A stretch of 64,000 nucleotides of DNA from the human T2T-CHM13v2.0 reference genome, Homo sapiens. The stretch lies in NCBI RefSeq assembly GCF_009914755.1, contig NC_060942.1. One strand, given 5' to 3'. Positions 30,895 to 49,480 of this stretch are shown here, in pieces (the stretch's first letter is position 1; the number at the start of each line of letters is the position of its first letter). A model generated the notes under the pieces. The model was not told where the DNA came from and made no database searches. It saw only the letters and a list, made by a program, of their open reading frames with translations. The translations under genes and the position numbers were made by a program.

Positions 30895-31445
30895 TGGTCC
30901 AGGAATTTCACTTCTGAGTATATACCCAAAATAATTGAAAGCAGGAACTTGGACAGATATTTGTATACCCATGTTCATAGCAGCTTTACTCTTAATAGGC
31001 AAAAGCAACCCAACAGTCCATCAGTGGATACGTGGATAAGCAAAACATACAGTAGAGCACTATTCAGGCTTAAAGAGGAAGGAAATTCTGACACACGCTA
31101 CAACACGGATAAATCCTGAAGCCATTGTGCTAAGTGAAATGAGCCAGTTACAAGAAAACAAATACTATATGATTCCACTCATGTGAGGTACCTAGAGTAA
31201 TCAAATTCATAGAGACAGAAGTAGAAAGATGGTTGCCAGGGACCAGAGTGAGAGGGTAGTGGGAAGTTACTGTTTAGTGGGTATGGAGTTTCAGTTTGCA
31301 AACGTAAAAGTCTGGAAATGGATGATGGTGATGGTTGCACAGCAGTGTGAATATACTTAATGCCAATGAAATGTACACTTAAAAATTGTGAAGATGGTAA
31401 ATTTTCTGTTGTGTATATTTTACTGCAATTTAAAAAATTAATAAA
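30895..31445 (+). mobile_element. L1MB-like 3' end
   Basis: catgttcatagcagc..., gctaagtgaaatgagccag, gatggatgatggtgatggttgcacagc. Confidence 0.8.
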
Positions 31446-31447
31446 AT

Positions 31448-31803
31448 GTTTCTTTTTCTTCTTTCTTTTTCTTTCCTTTCTTTCTTTCTTCTTTCTTCTC
31501 TTTCTTTTTTTTTTTGAGACAGGATCTATTTTGTTACACAGGTTAGAGTGCCATGGTGCAATCATAGATTATAGCTCACTGCAGCCTCTCTCCTGGGCTC
31601 AAGCAATCCTCCCACCTTAGCCTCCTGAGTAGCTGAGATTACAGGTACTCACCATCATGCCCAGATAACTTTTTTGATTTTCAAGTAGAAACAAAATCTT
31701 GCTATGTTGCCTAGGCTGGTCTCAAACTCCTGAGCTCAAGGGATCCCCCTGCCTCAACCTCCCAAAGTTCTGGGATTACAGACATGAGCCACTATGTCCT
31801 GGC
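31448..31803 (-). mobile_element. AluJ with CT-rich tail
   Basis: Diverged dimeric Alu. Confidence 0.85.
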
Positions 31804-32327
31804 TAGAATTTCTTAAAAGGGAAAAATTAAAACAAAAACAAAAATAGGGAGACTCTGAATTCCACTGCAGAGAGCACTCAAAGTCCGTTTACATTCTTCT
31901 TTATTTTAAAATTGTTATTTCTTCAAAGAGCCACATTGTAGTCTTGGAGTAGAAATTTCTTGTTGAGGTTTTCTGGTGATTTATGTGGTATTTTTTAGGG
32001 AATACATTTTATTTCTCCAACATCTTCAGGGCACACATGTGGATGTAACATGTGTTACTATCAGAATGCTGATAGTCATTCTAATAAAAACATGGACTGG
32101 CCACAGACGTAAACAAGAGGAGGGGGAAGAGAAACACAGAAGCCTCCAGGAGCCCCACATCCATGACCAGTGGAACATTTTGGGTTTAGCACGGTGCTGG
32201 ATCTGAAAGTCCACACAAAACATGCTACCTGACACTTGAACGCTTGGGAGCACCAGTCTTGTAAATGCCTATAAGGATAACAAGACATAAGTTCTCCCTC
32301 CAGAATTCTTTTGGTTAGACTGTCACT

Positions 32328-32592
32328 ATATTTTATTTTATTTTATTTTATTTTAAGACAGTGTCTTGCTCTGTCACCTAAGCTGGAATGCAGTGGTGTG
32401 ATCTTGGCTCCTTCGCCTCCCAGGTTCAAGCGATTCTTGTGCTTCAGCCTCGCGAGTAGCTGGGATTTCAGGTGTGCACCATCATGTCCTGCTAGGTTTT
32501 GTATTTTGAGTAGAGATGGGGTTTCACCATGTTGGTCAGGCTGATCTTGAACTCCTGGCCTCAAGTGATCCACCCACCTTGGCCTCCCAAAG
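32328..32592 (-). mobile_element. Alu
   Basis: (ATTTT)n tail plus Alu body. Confidence 0.85.
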
Positions 32593-32929
32593 CGTATATT
32601 TATTTCATTTTAAGTGTTATATTTTTAATTGCATTAAGAAATATAAAATTCTTATAGAAATTGGAATTTTTTGCTGAGAGTGATATTTATATATTGCTCA
32701 ATGCTTTGAACCCTTAAATGAAAGTTCTAAACATGAATATTAGAATATGAGACAAATATCTATCCGAACAATTGGGCAGAGGAGAAAATGAGAGCTTAAA
32801 AATACACAGAGAATCCCAAATGTCATTGTATATTTTTGTTTCCATCTCTCTTCTCATCATACTTTTTTCACTAGAGCTGTTGACAAGTGGAGAAGTTTAT
32901 TCATTTCCGCTTCATCATTTAATCATAAA

Positions 32930-36330
<3,401 letters not shown>

Positions 36331-38213
36331 ATTTTCATTTGTTTGTCTGTTTGTTTCATAGTCAGCAAACATGGCTGGATTCAAACTCAAAACCCTGTTT
36401 CTCTTAAGTGGGCAGTAACAGAATTCTTAGTTCAGTTTGTTTAGCCTTCACTGGGCTGCTCAGAGTATGCCTAATCTATGCATAGTTCAGGGATTAGCCA
36501 GGATCTTGAAGAGACTTTATACACGAATTTAAAATCCCCCTCCTATAGCTCTCTCCTTTCTAGGATTCGCTCTTTCATTTTGCAGCTGCTGTGGGTACCC
36601 CAAACTCTGCTGGTTCTTCAATACATTAAGGCTGCAGGTTTTCTATCTGAGTTTTAGTTGTCTTACTTGGCTTCAAGTGGGGTCTGCCTTCAGATGAAAC
36701 CTGTAAGCAAAGGAAAACTCACCAGTGCTTTTTCCTTCTTCTCAGTTCAGGTTTCATTTCTCTCCAGTGTGGACCTGCTTTTGGCTGCTTCCAGTGCTTT
36801 CAGGCAATTGTTTCTTTATATTTTGTTCATAGTTTATGGTTGTTATTTGCAGGAGGGTTGATCCAGTAGGAGCTTATTCTCCACTATCAGAAGCTGTAAG
36901 CTCTAGTTTTTTCACTTTTAATTTCACTCCTCTCCCTGTGTCTGATGGTTCTGTTTGTAAGCAGGAATTTGGCTAAATTTCTAGTGCCAGGAGCAAAACC
37001 AAGGTACTTACATAACTCACAAACTAGATCAGTTGGTTTCTGGGTAACTGAGCTCACTATATCAATAGTCCTTCAAAAGCAGAACTCCTGCTTCATTGTA
37101 CTGTAGGAGTCCATATCTAATTGGGACTAGACTAAGCAAAATTGGGAAGTCCATTTAATTTGTCTTCTTGGAATTTATTCTTCAGCACCTGTCCCCAGAG
37201 TCATTATGGTTCCTTCTGCCTGAATAGAAATGCCCCCCTGGATCTCTAGATTTTTCTCTCCTCTCTTTTAGCATCTATCAAAACTCTCTCTTCCTCCCCG
37301 CCACTCCTGGAGCCTGGTGTCCCTTTCCTCAGTTGAAGCTAGTAAAGGACTGAAACCTAGTTCTGTGGCAGTGACAATGGGCTAATGTACTCTCTTTCAC
37401 AAGATAAATCTCCACAGTGACCACCCTGAAACCATAGAATGAATTACAGAAGGTAGAGTAATCCAGCCCCCTCATTTTCACTGTTGAGAAAATGGATTTC
37501 CAGATAGTATAAATAACTGGTCCGAGGTCATGTGCTAGTGGGGTTGGGACTAAAATCCTCATTCCTGACTATGAGTTGGCTCAGGAATGGCTTCAAACAT
37601 CAAGTCCAGTGGCAGGGTGTGGAAGGGGACAGATTGCTGCCTTCTGCATGGTTGGCTTCACTCCTAGACATGGGCAGTCAGCATTCAATTACCCAGTGGG
37701 TTCACAGTGTTCCTACTGTATGATAAGAATTGACAAAAAGAAGTAAGGATGTCTTCCTGAAAAAGAGAAAACTGAGAGGGGATATATCAAAGCCTGAGTG
37801 GGAATGTAGGCACAATCTGTGCAGTTTAATTCAACAGAACCATGACCAATGGATTAAAGATGCAACCATTTTCAGCTTAAGACAAAGAAGGATTTTCTAA
37901 CAACTAGAGCTGTCTACAAATGGAAGAGCTGGTGGTTAAATTTCCTTGGAGCAGCAGATAGTGACTTCTGTACCACTGGAAGCTTTCAAATAAGGCTCAA
38001 CTGGGACAGTTTGGGAAGGGTCCCTTTATTGTATGGGAGATTGGAATAGATTCCCTCGTAGTCCTTAATAATTGTTGGATTCTAGGTTTTGATGATGGGA
38101 GACCTTTTTGTGCTCCTCAACATCATACAGCACAGACACCTATCTACCCTCTAGAGAGAAAGGGGCCTTCTGGATGCCCTAATACATGTCCTCCCTCTCC
38201 CAACCCATACACA

Positions 38214-38382
38214 TGTGATTTGGTGTTGATTGGGGTGGTGTGGTTTGGCATGGTGAGGGGTGGTTTAGTGTGGGGTGGTGCGTTGTAGTGTAATGTGGTG
38301 TGATAGGTTGTGGTCTGGTGTAATGTGATGTGGGGTGATGTGATATACTGGGCTGTGTTGTGGGGTTGTATGGTGTGATATG
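38214..38382. repeat. Degenerate pentamer repeat (TGTGG/TGTGA)n
   Basis: GT-rich 5-bp periodicity over ~170 bp. Confidence 0.8.
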
Positions 38383-38919
38383 AGAGGAATCATGGTCAGA
38401 GTCTTCTAGCAGCTGTGCAGCTTCATTGAGACAACGACCAAATTGCATTGGAGTAATGTTGGCAGTCAAGAGGAAGTGCCAATTTAGTGATTTCCTTAGC
38501 AGAACTGGCTGCATCTTTTACAAGAAAGCACATCTTCTTTGTCATCCTGAGGCTAGAGTGTGGAACAATTTGGCAGCTGTAGTATTTTATGTCATACAAA
38601 GTGTACAGATATCAGGCCACATACAGCACCTCTCACCCATCCATACTACCCACCTCACCAACTACAGGGCAGAGTCAGGCATTAAACTGAAAATAAATGT
38701 TATCTATTATATTGTAGTTTTTAAAAAAGTGAGTTTTTTAAAGTTTCTGCTATAAAACAAATCACAACTCACATGCCATTTCTGATAAAAGACAAGCACA
38801 GTTTTAAAATGTGCCCATGGCATCTGGGTTTGTGGACTAGAAGGCTAATCAGCCTCAATCATTGCACCAATGTTCTCCCAGGAATTTCCAAGACAGATTA
38901 AACTTTGCCAAGGACCATA

Positions 38920-38949
38920 GGTTTTGGACCTCTATTCATTTGTTTTATT
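38920..38949 (-). terminator. Likely CPLX4 poly(A) signal (AATAAA 38944-38949); a second AATAAA at 39061-39066
   Basis: TTTATT on the plus strand, ~1.27 kb beyond the CPLX4 stop codon. Confidence 0.55.
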
Positions 38950-40216
38950 TGCTTAATTTTATTACATGAAACATTTTGTACAACACATTTGAGAACCCTG
39001 GGTTTAGAACAACTTAGACCCTAAGTTTTCGGTCTCAGTTTCCTTTTCCTTTGATAGATCTTTATTCACTGTATGAACAGAGTCACCAAAAAAAAAAAAA
39101 AAATCAGTATTTTGTTTTGGTTTGGTGGGCTTTAGCTAAATAGCTCGAAGTGTTTCAGTGGTAATTGTCCTAAGTCTTTTGAATTATTCCTTTTGAAAGA
39201 GAGCAGATATTAGGGGGGAAAAATCAGTGTCTACCCTGAAAGCTTGTGGCACCAAATGACAGTGTGATTTACTGGAAGGTAGTCTAAAGGGGTGGGATGG
39301 GAAGGGACAGGAGAAGAAAAAAAAAAGAGAGATAGGGAGAGAAGGGGATGAAAGAGAGAGAGAGGTTGGGAGGAGACAGAGAGAGATTGATTTAACTTCT
39401 TAATGCTCTCTGTTAGTCTACCCACTTTGTTCCCATTGCTATCACCAAGTTCAGACAAGGAGAGTTAAGCTCAACTCAAAAAGAGCAGCCGTCTGCCTGG
39501 TTTCCCTCTGCCTCTAATTGTGCCTCCCTTGGTTCCATTCTTCACATGGCCACTAGAACGATGATCTCCATTGCAAAGGGCTAGTGAGGTCTATTCCCTG
39601 CCTCAATTCGTCATTGTTCACCACATCTGTGCTACCGCCACTTGGCTGAGAAGCATCCAAGGACCAAAGGATCCAAGCATACTTGATGAGTATCATTGAC
39701 AAATTCAAGGATCCTAGAGGTGAGGGGTGGGGGTGGTGACCTTTGATTGCCCTGGAGTCTGTAGACTCAGCTCCCTGTGGGAAACCCGGCTCCCAGTAGA
39801 CACCTTGACTCTCCACATTTCTCTCTGAAGGGACCTGGTGTCCTGCGAATAGTTGGACAGGGTGAGAACTTGGCCTCCAAGGAAGAAAGTTGGAGAGGAA
39901 ATGCCCCTTGCTTTTGTTTCTTCCTGGCTCATCTCAAGGTCTTTAAGCAGATATGTGTTCTGCATCATCATTTACAACTGAAATTTTCCAGTTTATCTCA
40001 TTTATAACTAAAAGGAAAGTAAGGTTCCCGCTGCAAGGTGTTAGCTAAATGCTCTGCCAGGAATATTTAGAACAACCAAATTATTGTCTGTCAATGGATC
40101 ATCGTGGTTTTCCTAACTGTGTTCACTACATTAAAACATGTACTGCTTGAAACGTCCCACAAGAGAGTGGTCTTTTCCAAGGATGGCTGGTTCCCTCCCT
40201 CCACCCCTCCCACCCC

Positions 40217-40444
40217 TCACATCACGGAACACTTCTGCTCCGCTGTCTGCTTGATTTCAGTGAAGGTGGCCTGGGCTTTTTCTTTTATGGTATCCAAGTC
40301 CATGTTCTGGAGATTCTGTATCTGCCCAAGAATAGAATCTTTATCTTCTTCCTCTTCTTGATCTTCATCTACCATTTTCCGGAGATCTTCAGGTAAATCC
40401 ACATCATCTCCAGCCATCTGGATTTGATTCTCATCCATTTCACT
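40217..40444 (-). CDS. CPLX4: CPLX4 exon 3 CDS (SEMDENQIQ...[11 protein letters not shown]), C-terminal CAAX prenylation motif
   Basis: Acceptor tttttcacatag|AGT GAA ATG, 228 nt. The three exons total 483 nt, i.e. 160 aa. Confidence 0.97.
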
Positions 40445-40654
40445 CTATGTGAAAAATAAATAGAGATAGATAAATAACTCTAAACTACTAACTCACTAAC
40501 TAAATAAATTTTAAAAGCAGCAGGAAAAGGTCTTTAGAGAATACAGGAAGTGAGTGGCACTCTTGGCCTTGCAGCAGAGCCTGGTCCTGATGGCAGTTGT
40601 GGGGGCTTCTGTAGGGGGGTCCTTTCTTCATGGCACCTTGTGTCGATCAGAACC

Positions 40655-41160
40655 TTCCAGCATGGTGGTTCTCCAAGTGTGGTCTCTGGACAAGCAGCAT
40701 TAGCATCATCTAGAGCCTGCTGGAACTACAAATTCTTGGGCCCCATCCCAGACCCACTGAATCAGGAACTCTGGAGATGGAGCCCAGCCATCTGGAATTT
40801 TTTTTTTTTTTTGAGAGGGAGTCTTGCTCTGTTGCCCAGGCTGAAGTGCAGTATCTCGATCTCAGCTCACTGCAACCTCTGCCTCCTTGGTTCAAGCAAT
40901 TCTCCTGCCTCAGTAAATCTCAGTAGCTGGGATTACAGGTGTGCACCACCACACTCAGCTGATTTTTTTGTATTTTTAGTAGAGACGGGGTTTCACCATG
41001 TTGGCCAGGCTGGTCTCGAACTCCTGACCTCAGGCGATCCAACCACCCCGGCCTCCCAAAGTGCTGAAATTACAGGTGTGAGCCACCACTCCCAACCCCA
41101 TCTGGATTTTTAAGAATGTCTTTCTCTCTGTGATGCTGATACACACAAAAGCTGGGGCAT
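40655..41160. mobile_element. MER5A interrupted by AluS (40798-41098, minus strand)
   Basis: gtggttctccaagtgtggtc...cccagacccactgaatcaggaactctgg. Alu TSD ccatctgga(a/t)ttt. Confidence 0.8.
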
Positions 41161-41611
41161 CACACCCCAACTCTGCCTAAGGGCAGCTTTGCAAGTCTTG
41201 CAGATTCTATCAGCCCCATGCCAAGACCCACTCACCTGGTTGACCCCACTGTAGAGGATGAGGTCTCAGTTTATAGTAACTAGACAGTATGCATTAATTC
41301 ACTCATCACACCTTAGTGGCAACTTTTTCTTAATCATGGCTCTTTTCCTCCCTTCCACTAGACAGGGAGCCCGTCATGGGCTCTTGTCAGATTCAACTTT
41401 CCACCGTTAGCACCTGGACTGGAGTCTAGCACACAGTACACATGTATTAAGTGAACCATCAAGGGCATGGCCGCCACTCAGCATACTGGCAGTCTAGCCT
41501 TCGGTGTTGCTGACGCTGTCACAAGCGCCTTGCACATTTCATTTTGTGATTTTAGGAGTGTCTGTTCTAGAATTTCTTAATGCATGCTGCCTGGTCTTTG
41601 AGATTCCTTTA

Positions 41612-41796
<185 letters not shown>

Positions 41797-42599
41797 TAGA
41801 GTCTCTTGTTCTGTAATGAGAGAGGAGTCTAAAGAAAAATATTCTCTGGGAAAGGTTAACAGTAGCTTACATCCCCAGATGGCTGCTGTCAGATTTTTTG
41901 GAGATCAGGTTGTAACATGAGGTGACCTGGGTTTCAGGGAAACAGAAGATTAAAAAGAGTGTCAGAAAAGCTAATGAGAGGAAAGATCTATGTTAGAGCC
42001 ACCTGAATATGTTGTGACCAGCCTTAAATTTGTTACCAAAGCTCATGAAAAATCATATTAAAAAATGACGATCTTAGTCAAACAGACTACATTGCTTTAA
42101 GAAAGATTTCTGCACCTGGTGACTTCTGAGGTGGAGTTAAAGACAGCACCTAAAGAGAGATCTGAATTCTCCCTGTCTGGGTGCTATGTAGGAATGATCA
42201 GAAAGAAACATCAGTTGTCTCTAGGTCCAAACAGCACACCAGGTAACCTGGAAACTTCATTCTTCATCTGGAAAGTGGGTTGGAAGGACGAGATGGCTGA
42301 AGTCTTTTCCAGTTCTAACACTCTGTGGCTCCCATCCTTGGAGGGGCTGAAGCCCAGCTGCCTTTCCTCAGGGCTCTCTTCTTTGATTCGGTTCCCTGGG
42401 CAGAGTGACACAGGAGTCTGGCTCAAGAAATAGCTTGAGAAGCAGATTTCTGATGCAGCAGGAACCACTGATTTTGGGAAGGACAGTCTTCACCCAGGCC
42501 CTCCTTGGAGAGCCTGGAGGACAGTCCCACTCCGCGCCAGCCTCCGGAGATAAGTGAAGCCTCTCCCTGCTCTTGGCCAGGGCCTTGGGCCCTCCAAGT

Positions 42600-42685
42600 G
42601 CTTAACGGATTAATTAGTTCCTGGTCAAACTGTTGTGGGATTAATTAGTTAGTTAATCCTTAGGGGCTCCCAGCCAATTGTGCAT
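42600..42685. promoter_or_regulatory. Candidate retinal enhancer (CRX/OTX K50 plus Q50 homeodomain composite sites)
   Basis: GGATTAATTAGTT at 42607-42619 and 42638-42650, TAATCC at 42654-42659, CAATTG at ~42675. Confidence 0.6.
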
Positions 42686-43261
42686 TTCTATTTATTTTTT
42701 ATTTGCCTTCCCTAGCGGCTGCTTTCCTTGCTGATCGTCTTCTGGGACTTTTTGCAGGAAGGAGAGGAAAAGCACAAGGTGGACGACTCATTCTCAGTTC
42801 ATGCCAATGTGGGACATCTGCCCTCTCTTATGCATCCTGAAATCAAATGCAAGTAATCTGAAAAGACATTCCCGGGAATTCTGGCCCCTTCCCTCAGGTT
42901 GGTAGTAAGATCCCCAAGCATGTCACCAGGTTTGAACCTGGACAGGGTAACTGCTGTGGGCTTGCAGGGATGGGCAGCTAGAGGGGCTAGAGGAAAGCGT
43001 GTCAGCCAGCCAGGAGTATAAAACACCGAACACACTCATGAGGGCTCACGGGATGGTGCTCGCCTGCCTCCCATTCACAGGGAGACTTCAGCGAGGCCAC
43101 CATCTATGGCTCTGCAGTGCTTGAAGAAGCTTTGGGATGGTTTCCTCCTTCAAGGGTGACTCTGAGGTTCGTTTTATCCTTGTGCTTCTTGCTCAGGGAA
43201 GGGAGAGCAGTGCAATTCTACGTTGCCTTATGGAGAGGATCTTGATTGCCCTAACTTTTAT

Positions 43262-43470
43262 CAAAGTGGTTCTCAAAGTAGTTCTCAAAGTGGGTTCTCC
43301 AGGACAACAGCATCAACATCTTTTGGGACTTTGCTAGAGATGCACGTGCTGGGACCCTACTCAGACCCACTGAATCAGAAACTCAGGGCTCGGGCCTCGC
43401 AATCTGTGATTTAACAAGTCTTCCAGGTGATTCTGGGGCTTGCTGAAGTTTGAGAACCCCTGCTCTACAT
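43262..43470. mobile_element. MER5A
   Basis: gttctcaaagtgggttctcc...cagacccactgaatcagaaact...gtttgagaacccctgctcta. Confidence 0.78.
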
Positions 43471-43567
43471 TTCTTGAAGACAAGGGCTGTAACTTACTCA
43501 TCTTTCTGTCTCATAACCCAGCAAAGTTTCTGGCATGTAGACACAGACAATTATATGTTTACTGAAT

Positions 43568-43876
<309 letters not shown>

Positions 43877-45269
43877 TTAAAATAAATGTTTACTGAATGA
43901 TTCAATGAACCTATTGTCAGAGAGGATAACAGCCTTAGTAATACTCAAATTTGTAGGTCCTCTTTGCTGTAAAGAGCTCTGTTTTCATAGCTATCGGTTT
44001 ATCTTTATAATCCCATTGGGGCATCGCAGCCTAAATTGCCTGAGTGAGCACATTAGTTCTACCACTTATAGGATGGGTGACATGGGGCACTTCGTATAGA
44101 TGGCCTCTTTGAGCTTTATTTCCTTGTCTGTATATGGAGAATTGCATTATTTGCCTTAGAGCTGTGGAAGGTTAATTAGATGGTAACTGAATTATTTAGA
44201 ATCTGTTAAGCACTCACCCAGTAGTAGCTATTCATAAAAATAATAACCTTCAGAGGTGGGCAGGGGAATTTGCTGTGGGCAGTCTTGCACATGGGGTTAG
44301 CTCTGTCAGGAGGCTGTGATGTCCTGGCACCTTACCTCTGACCTAGCAATGACTCCTACCTTCACCCAAAGGCTTGGTTTTTCTAACAAGCCAGGCTTAG
44401 TCATTTCCTCTTTAGCACTAGGCTCTCTATTCTAGGAGAAAGCTACCTAGCCAGCCCTAGCTCCCCTTACCTCTTGTCAGGCCCACCCCTGATTTTTGTG
44501 GGTGGCAGAACATAAGTGCTGATAGAAGTTCCTGGCTCACAACCTGGCCCTCTTTTTTTTCCAGTTCCTGGTGCCAGCCCTCACTGGGAAGGGCCTTGGG
44601 ACCTTGGGTGCATGGCCCCTACCCCACTCCTCAGGCCTAGTCTGCCTGGCCACTCTCAGGAGCACAGATCTGCATCGGAGGCCTGAGAATGCTCTGGAAT
44701 GCACTTAGGCAGAGCGTTTGGGGTCCTAAGCAGCTTGAGCATAGTCTACAAGAGGGGTGTGGGCTCTGCCTGGGCTAGGCCCTTTGGCCCACAGACTCTT
44801 CACCCCGTGTGAAAGAGTGTGGCTAGAAGAGAGACCAAGAGAGCCCTCTAAAACATGGGCCCCAGGGCAGTGGCCTCAGATGTCCAGGTCCAAAGGCAGC
44901 AATGGGTGTACTCAATGGCTGTGGTCAGAGAGTCCTGCACTCACCATTGATCTAGAAGTACAAGGCTACTGGCCCTCCACCAGAGCATGGCTGCTTCTGG
45001 AGATGATTCTAGTCTTGAAGCCAATTACTCTGGGCTGCAGCCTGTGCCATGGACATCTTATGACTAAAGGTAGGACAACCAGACAAGGCCGTTGAGTGGC
45101 TAGAGGAGAAAATGATGCCCTCTGGAACCAAATGTGGGCCTGTAGCCTCATTAGCTCTGGATCCTAACTAATTGAGCTAGCCCTAGACCTAGAACTGGCT
45201 AAGTATTCAAGTATCTCCTTTGTAAAAAGTTGCAGCCTATCCAAACCGTTTTCTGGTGGAGGCAGCCTA

Positions 45270-45480
45270 GGAGAATGAAAGATTGTGGGATTTGGAGTTA
45301 GACATGGGTTTGAGTCCCAGATCTGCCATTCACCAATGCATGACCTTGGGCAAGTCAACTTATGTTTCTGATGTCCAATGGAAGGGCCACTTAGAGGACT
45401 GTTGAGCAGATTGAATGAGACATGCTGTGAAACAGCCTCGCAAGCATCTAAGCTCTGGACAAATGGTAGCAGTGGTTATG
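45270..45480 (+). mobile_element. MIR
   Basis: gggtttgagtcccagatctgccattcac...tgaccttgggcaagtca. Confidence 0.7.
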
Positions 45481-47064
45481 AATATTTTAGAGGAAAGAGG
45501 GCAGCTCAGTGTCAAGATCCCTGCTGAAAGGATCCCTGGGATAAAGAAGGCATGGACAGTGAAAGAGACGGTGGGAGAGTATCGGCCCTTAAGAGAAAGA
45601 TCCGGGACACAGCAAGCAATTAAGAAGCATAAATGGGATTTATACAGTGGACACAGCAGCCTTGTTTCCTCTCTTCCTAATGAACCACCCTGCTGACAGG
45701 ACCTTGTCTGCAATTCAAACAATGAATGTCTTGTCCACACGTTCTGCTGCCCATTGACAAATCTTGGGTTGGGGAGACCAGGAATATTTGGACACAGTTC
45801 ACACTTCAAGGAAAAGAAGTAATGCCTCATTACAACCCCCAAATACAAGTGCAGTTATAGCCAATGTGAATCAGCATCACTACAGGCCGGAAGCAGCTCC
45901 AGGGAGGGAGGGAAGGCTCAAGGATGAGAACCGTGGCGTGAATGAATGAATGAGTGAGCCAGCACATAATTAGGGGACTTATAGGCTATACTTTGTTCTT
46001 AGAGGCTCTGTTTCAGAGATCGTCTCATTTCTAGAAATCTTATCAATTTGGGATATTGTTTAATGCAGTTAAGAGCTAATTATTTTTATGCCAGCTGATG
46101 AGAATCCGTTTTAATCTCTTGTTTTTAACCAGACTTATTATCTTTATGGCCAGTGCTGAGTACCCCATTATTTAAATAGCTCCATATCCTACCATTGTCA
46201 TTTCCTGTGACTGATGCCTGACCTTTCACCAAAGGATAAACATGACCCTGGATTTCAAGACTTACTACTTCTTGGACCTGGATAAACTGGACTTCTCTTT
46301 TACCAAACTTGAGATACCATGATAAATTATCTTAGATGGTTATGTCTTCAAAAAGCTGAGCATTCTCCTCTTGTCAGAGTCTAGTTAGCTAAGCATGTTG
46401 TATAAGCAAATACCAGTGTGATTGATATTAGGTAGATTTGATTTTGTTTTTGGTTTATTCACTTATTGTTGTCCACAGGATACCAAAAGCTAGAAGAATG
46501 GATTTCTTTCACATGGAGGAGTTCATGTAGCGTGAGATTGACATAATGGTGAGGATCATGGACTTGAGCAGTCAGGTACTTGTCTTCATAAACCACTCTC
46601 ACTGTCCTGGTTATGAGTGAGGCTGCTGCCCTCAGAAGCTAGTGTGTGACTGGTGTGGAGGCCCTGGGCTGGGGCATGCTGGCTGCTCCTTCTGCTGTGC
46701 CCCACTGCTGCCCTTCCCTCTTTAGCTACTTAAAGAGCCCTCAGCACCCCTAGAGTAGGACAGATGGTGTGGATTTGTCTTCTTGAAGAATAGGCATCAG
46801 TTTTCAGTTTGATTGAAAGTGTGCATGCGTTGGGAGCTACATGGAATGAGAATTTCTAGATACCAGCTGTGCACATCTCATACCTCTTTCCCTTATGAAG
46901 ACATTCCACAGGGACTCAAGAAGCTCCCGGAGGCCGCATATCCAAGCCTCTCACTTACAGAGGAGGAAAGTGAGGTCTCGAGAGGTAAAGATTCTTGCAA
47001 AAATGTCATTCTGCTTTTTAGGGGATGAGAACCTAGCACAGCTGCCAGAAGGGTCTAGCAAGAA

Positions 47065-47260
47065 AACATGGCTTGTGGGCTCGGATTGTCTCATGGCAGA
47101 ATCTTGCTCTGCCATTTACTGGCTGTGTGACCTTGGAAAGTCACTTTCCCTCTCTGAGCAGGCGTTCTCATCTGTAAAGGCGAAGTGATATCTACCTACC
47201 TCACAGGGCACTTGTGAAGATGACGTGAGAAAGCTGGTGTGGCCAAGCAACACGTCTTGA
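47065..47260 (+). mobile_element. MIR
   Basis: ctgccatttactggctgtgtgaccttggaaagtcactttccctctctgagc. Confidence 0.75.
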
Positions 47261-48039
47261 AATCCTGCTTCACTAGTGTCCAGTGACTGCTTCCCATCCC
47301 CATGCTCCCTGTAGACATGTAGTCCATTGCTCTTTCAAGGACATGAGTAGGAGGAGCAAACCGAACTGGGGCAGGGTGAGGAGGGGAAGGAAGAGATGGC
47401 GGCTGCTGGGGCCTCTGATGGCCTTCCCACCGCCTGGCCACCAGAAACAGCTGCTCAGAAAGCAGGAGGTTTCGGTGTCTCAGACCCTGCTGGGCAGCCC
47501 CAAGAGCTCCTAATCTGAAGGGGTCTGGCAAAGGAAGGTTCACACAATCATCTTTGTTATTTTTTTTAAGAGGCAAATTTTACATTCAACTGTAATGGAG
47601 CTTTCAATGTGACACATTTAAAGAAAACTCTGTTAAGTTTCTCCTATATGCATCTTTATTCGAAATGAATGGTGCCCTTAATATGGCAGACAAACACCAG
47701 GTGTAACTAAATCATATAGCTCAGCAGGGGTCACAACATTATTTTTCAATGACTAACCTAGATTGACAATTCTGTTAATAGGATTAGGGTTCATTGTGGA
47801 ACTGTTTTCTCTTATTAATTTAGCTTGACTTACATATACATTTTAAATTGGCCAGGGAGAGGAACACATTTGCTTTTAGAAAGAATCTTGTAGCTTTATT
47901 TAAAACATATTGTTTCCTCTACTTGAAGAAATATGGTGTTTTAATTATAAAACAAGGAAACCTTTGTGTTTTATACAAAACTACAATATCCAATCTGGAC
48001 TAGTTATTTTCATAAAATTGTATTTTACTGTAACTCTAA

Positions 48040-49480
<1,441 letters not shown>

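Noticed and set aside
37181-37200. REST/RE1 left half-site TTCAGCACC
   Set aside because: No GGACAG right half at canonical spacing.
38214-38382. Repeat array resembling CRISPR or telomeric repeats (also 55873-56088)
   Set aside because: Eukaryotic simple or low-complexity repeats with no constant repeat-unique spacer structure and no TTAGGG units.
40550-41113. 187-aa ORF and other ORFs with LECSG/SASRVAG peptides throughout the window
   Set aside because: Translations of Alu or MER5A sequence.
41230-41265. 13-nt pseudo-exon in CPLX4 intron 2 (cctcatcctctacag|tggggtcaaccag|gtgagt)
   Set aside because: Frame-shifting, with a short pyrimidine tract and no UGC element. Most likely a chance pair, though the donor is strong.
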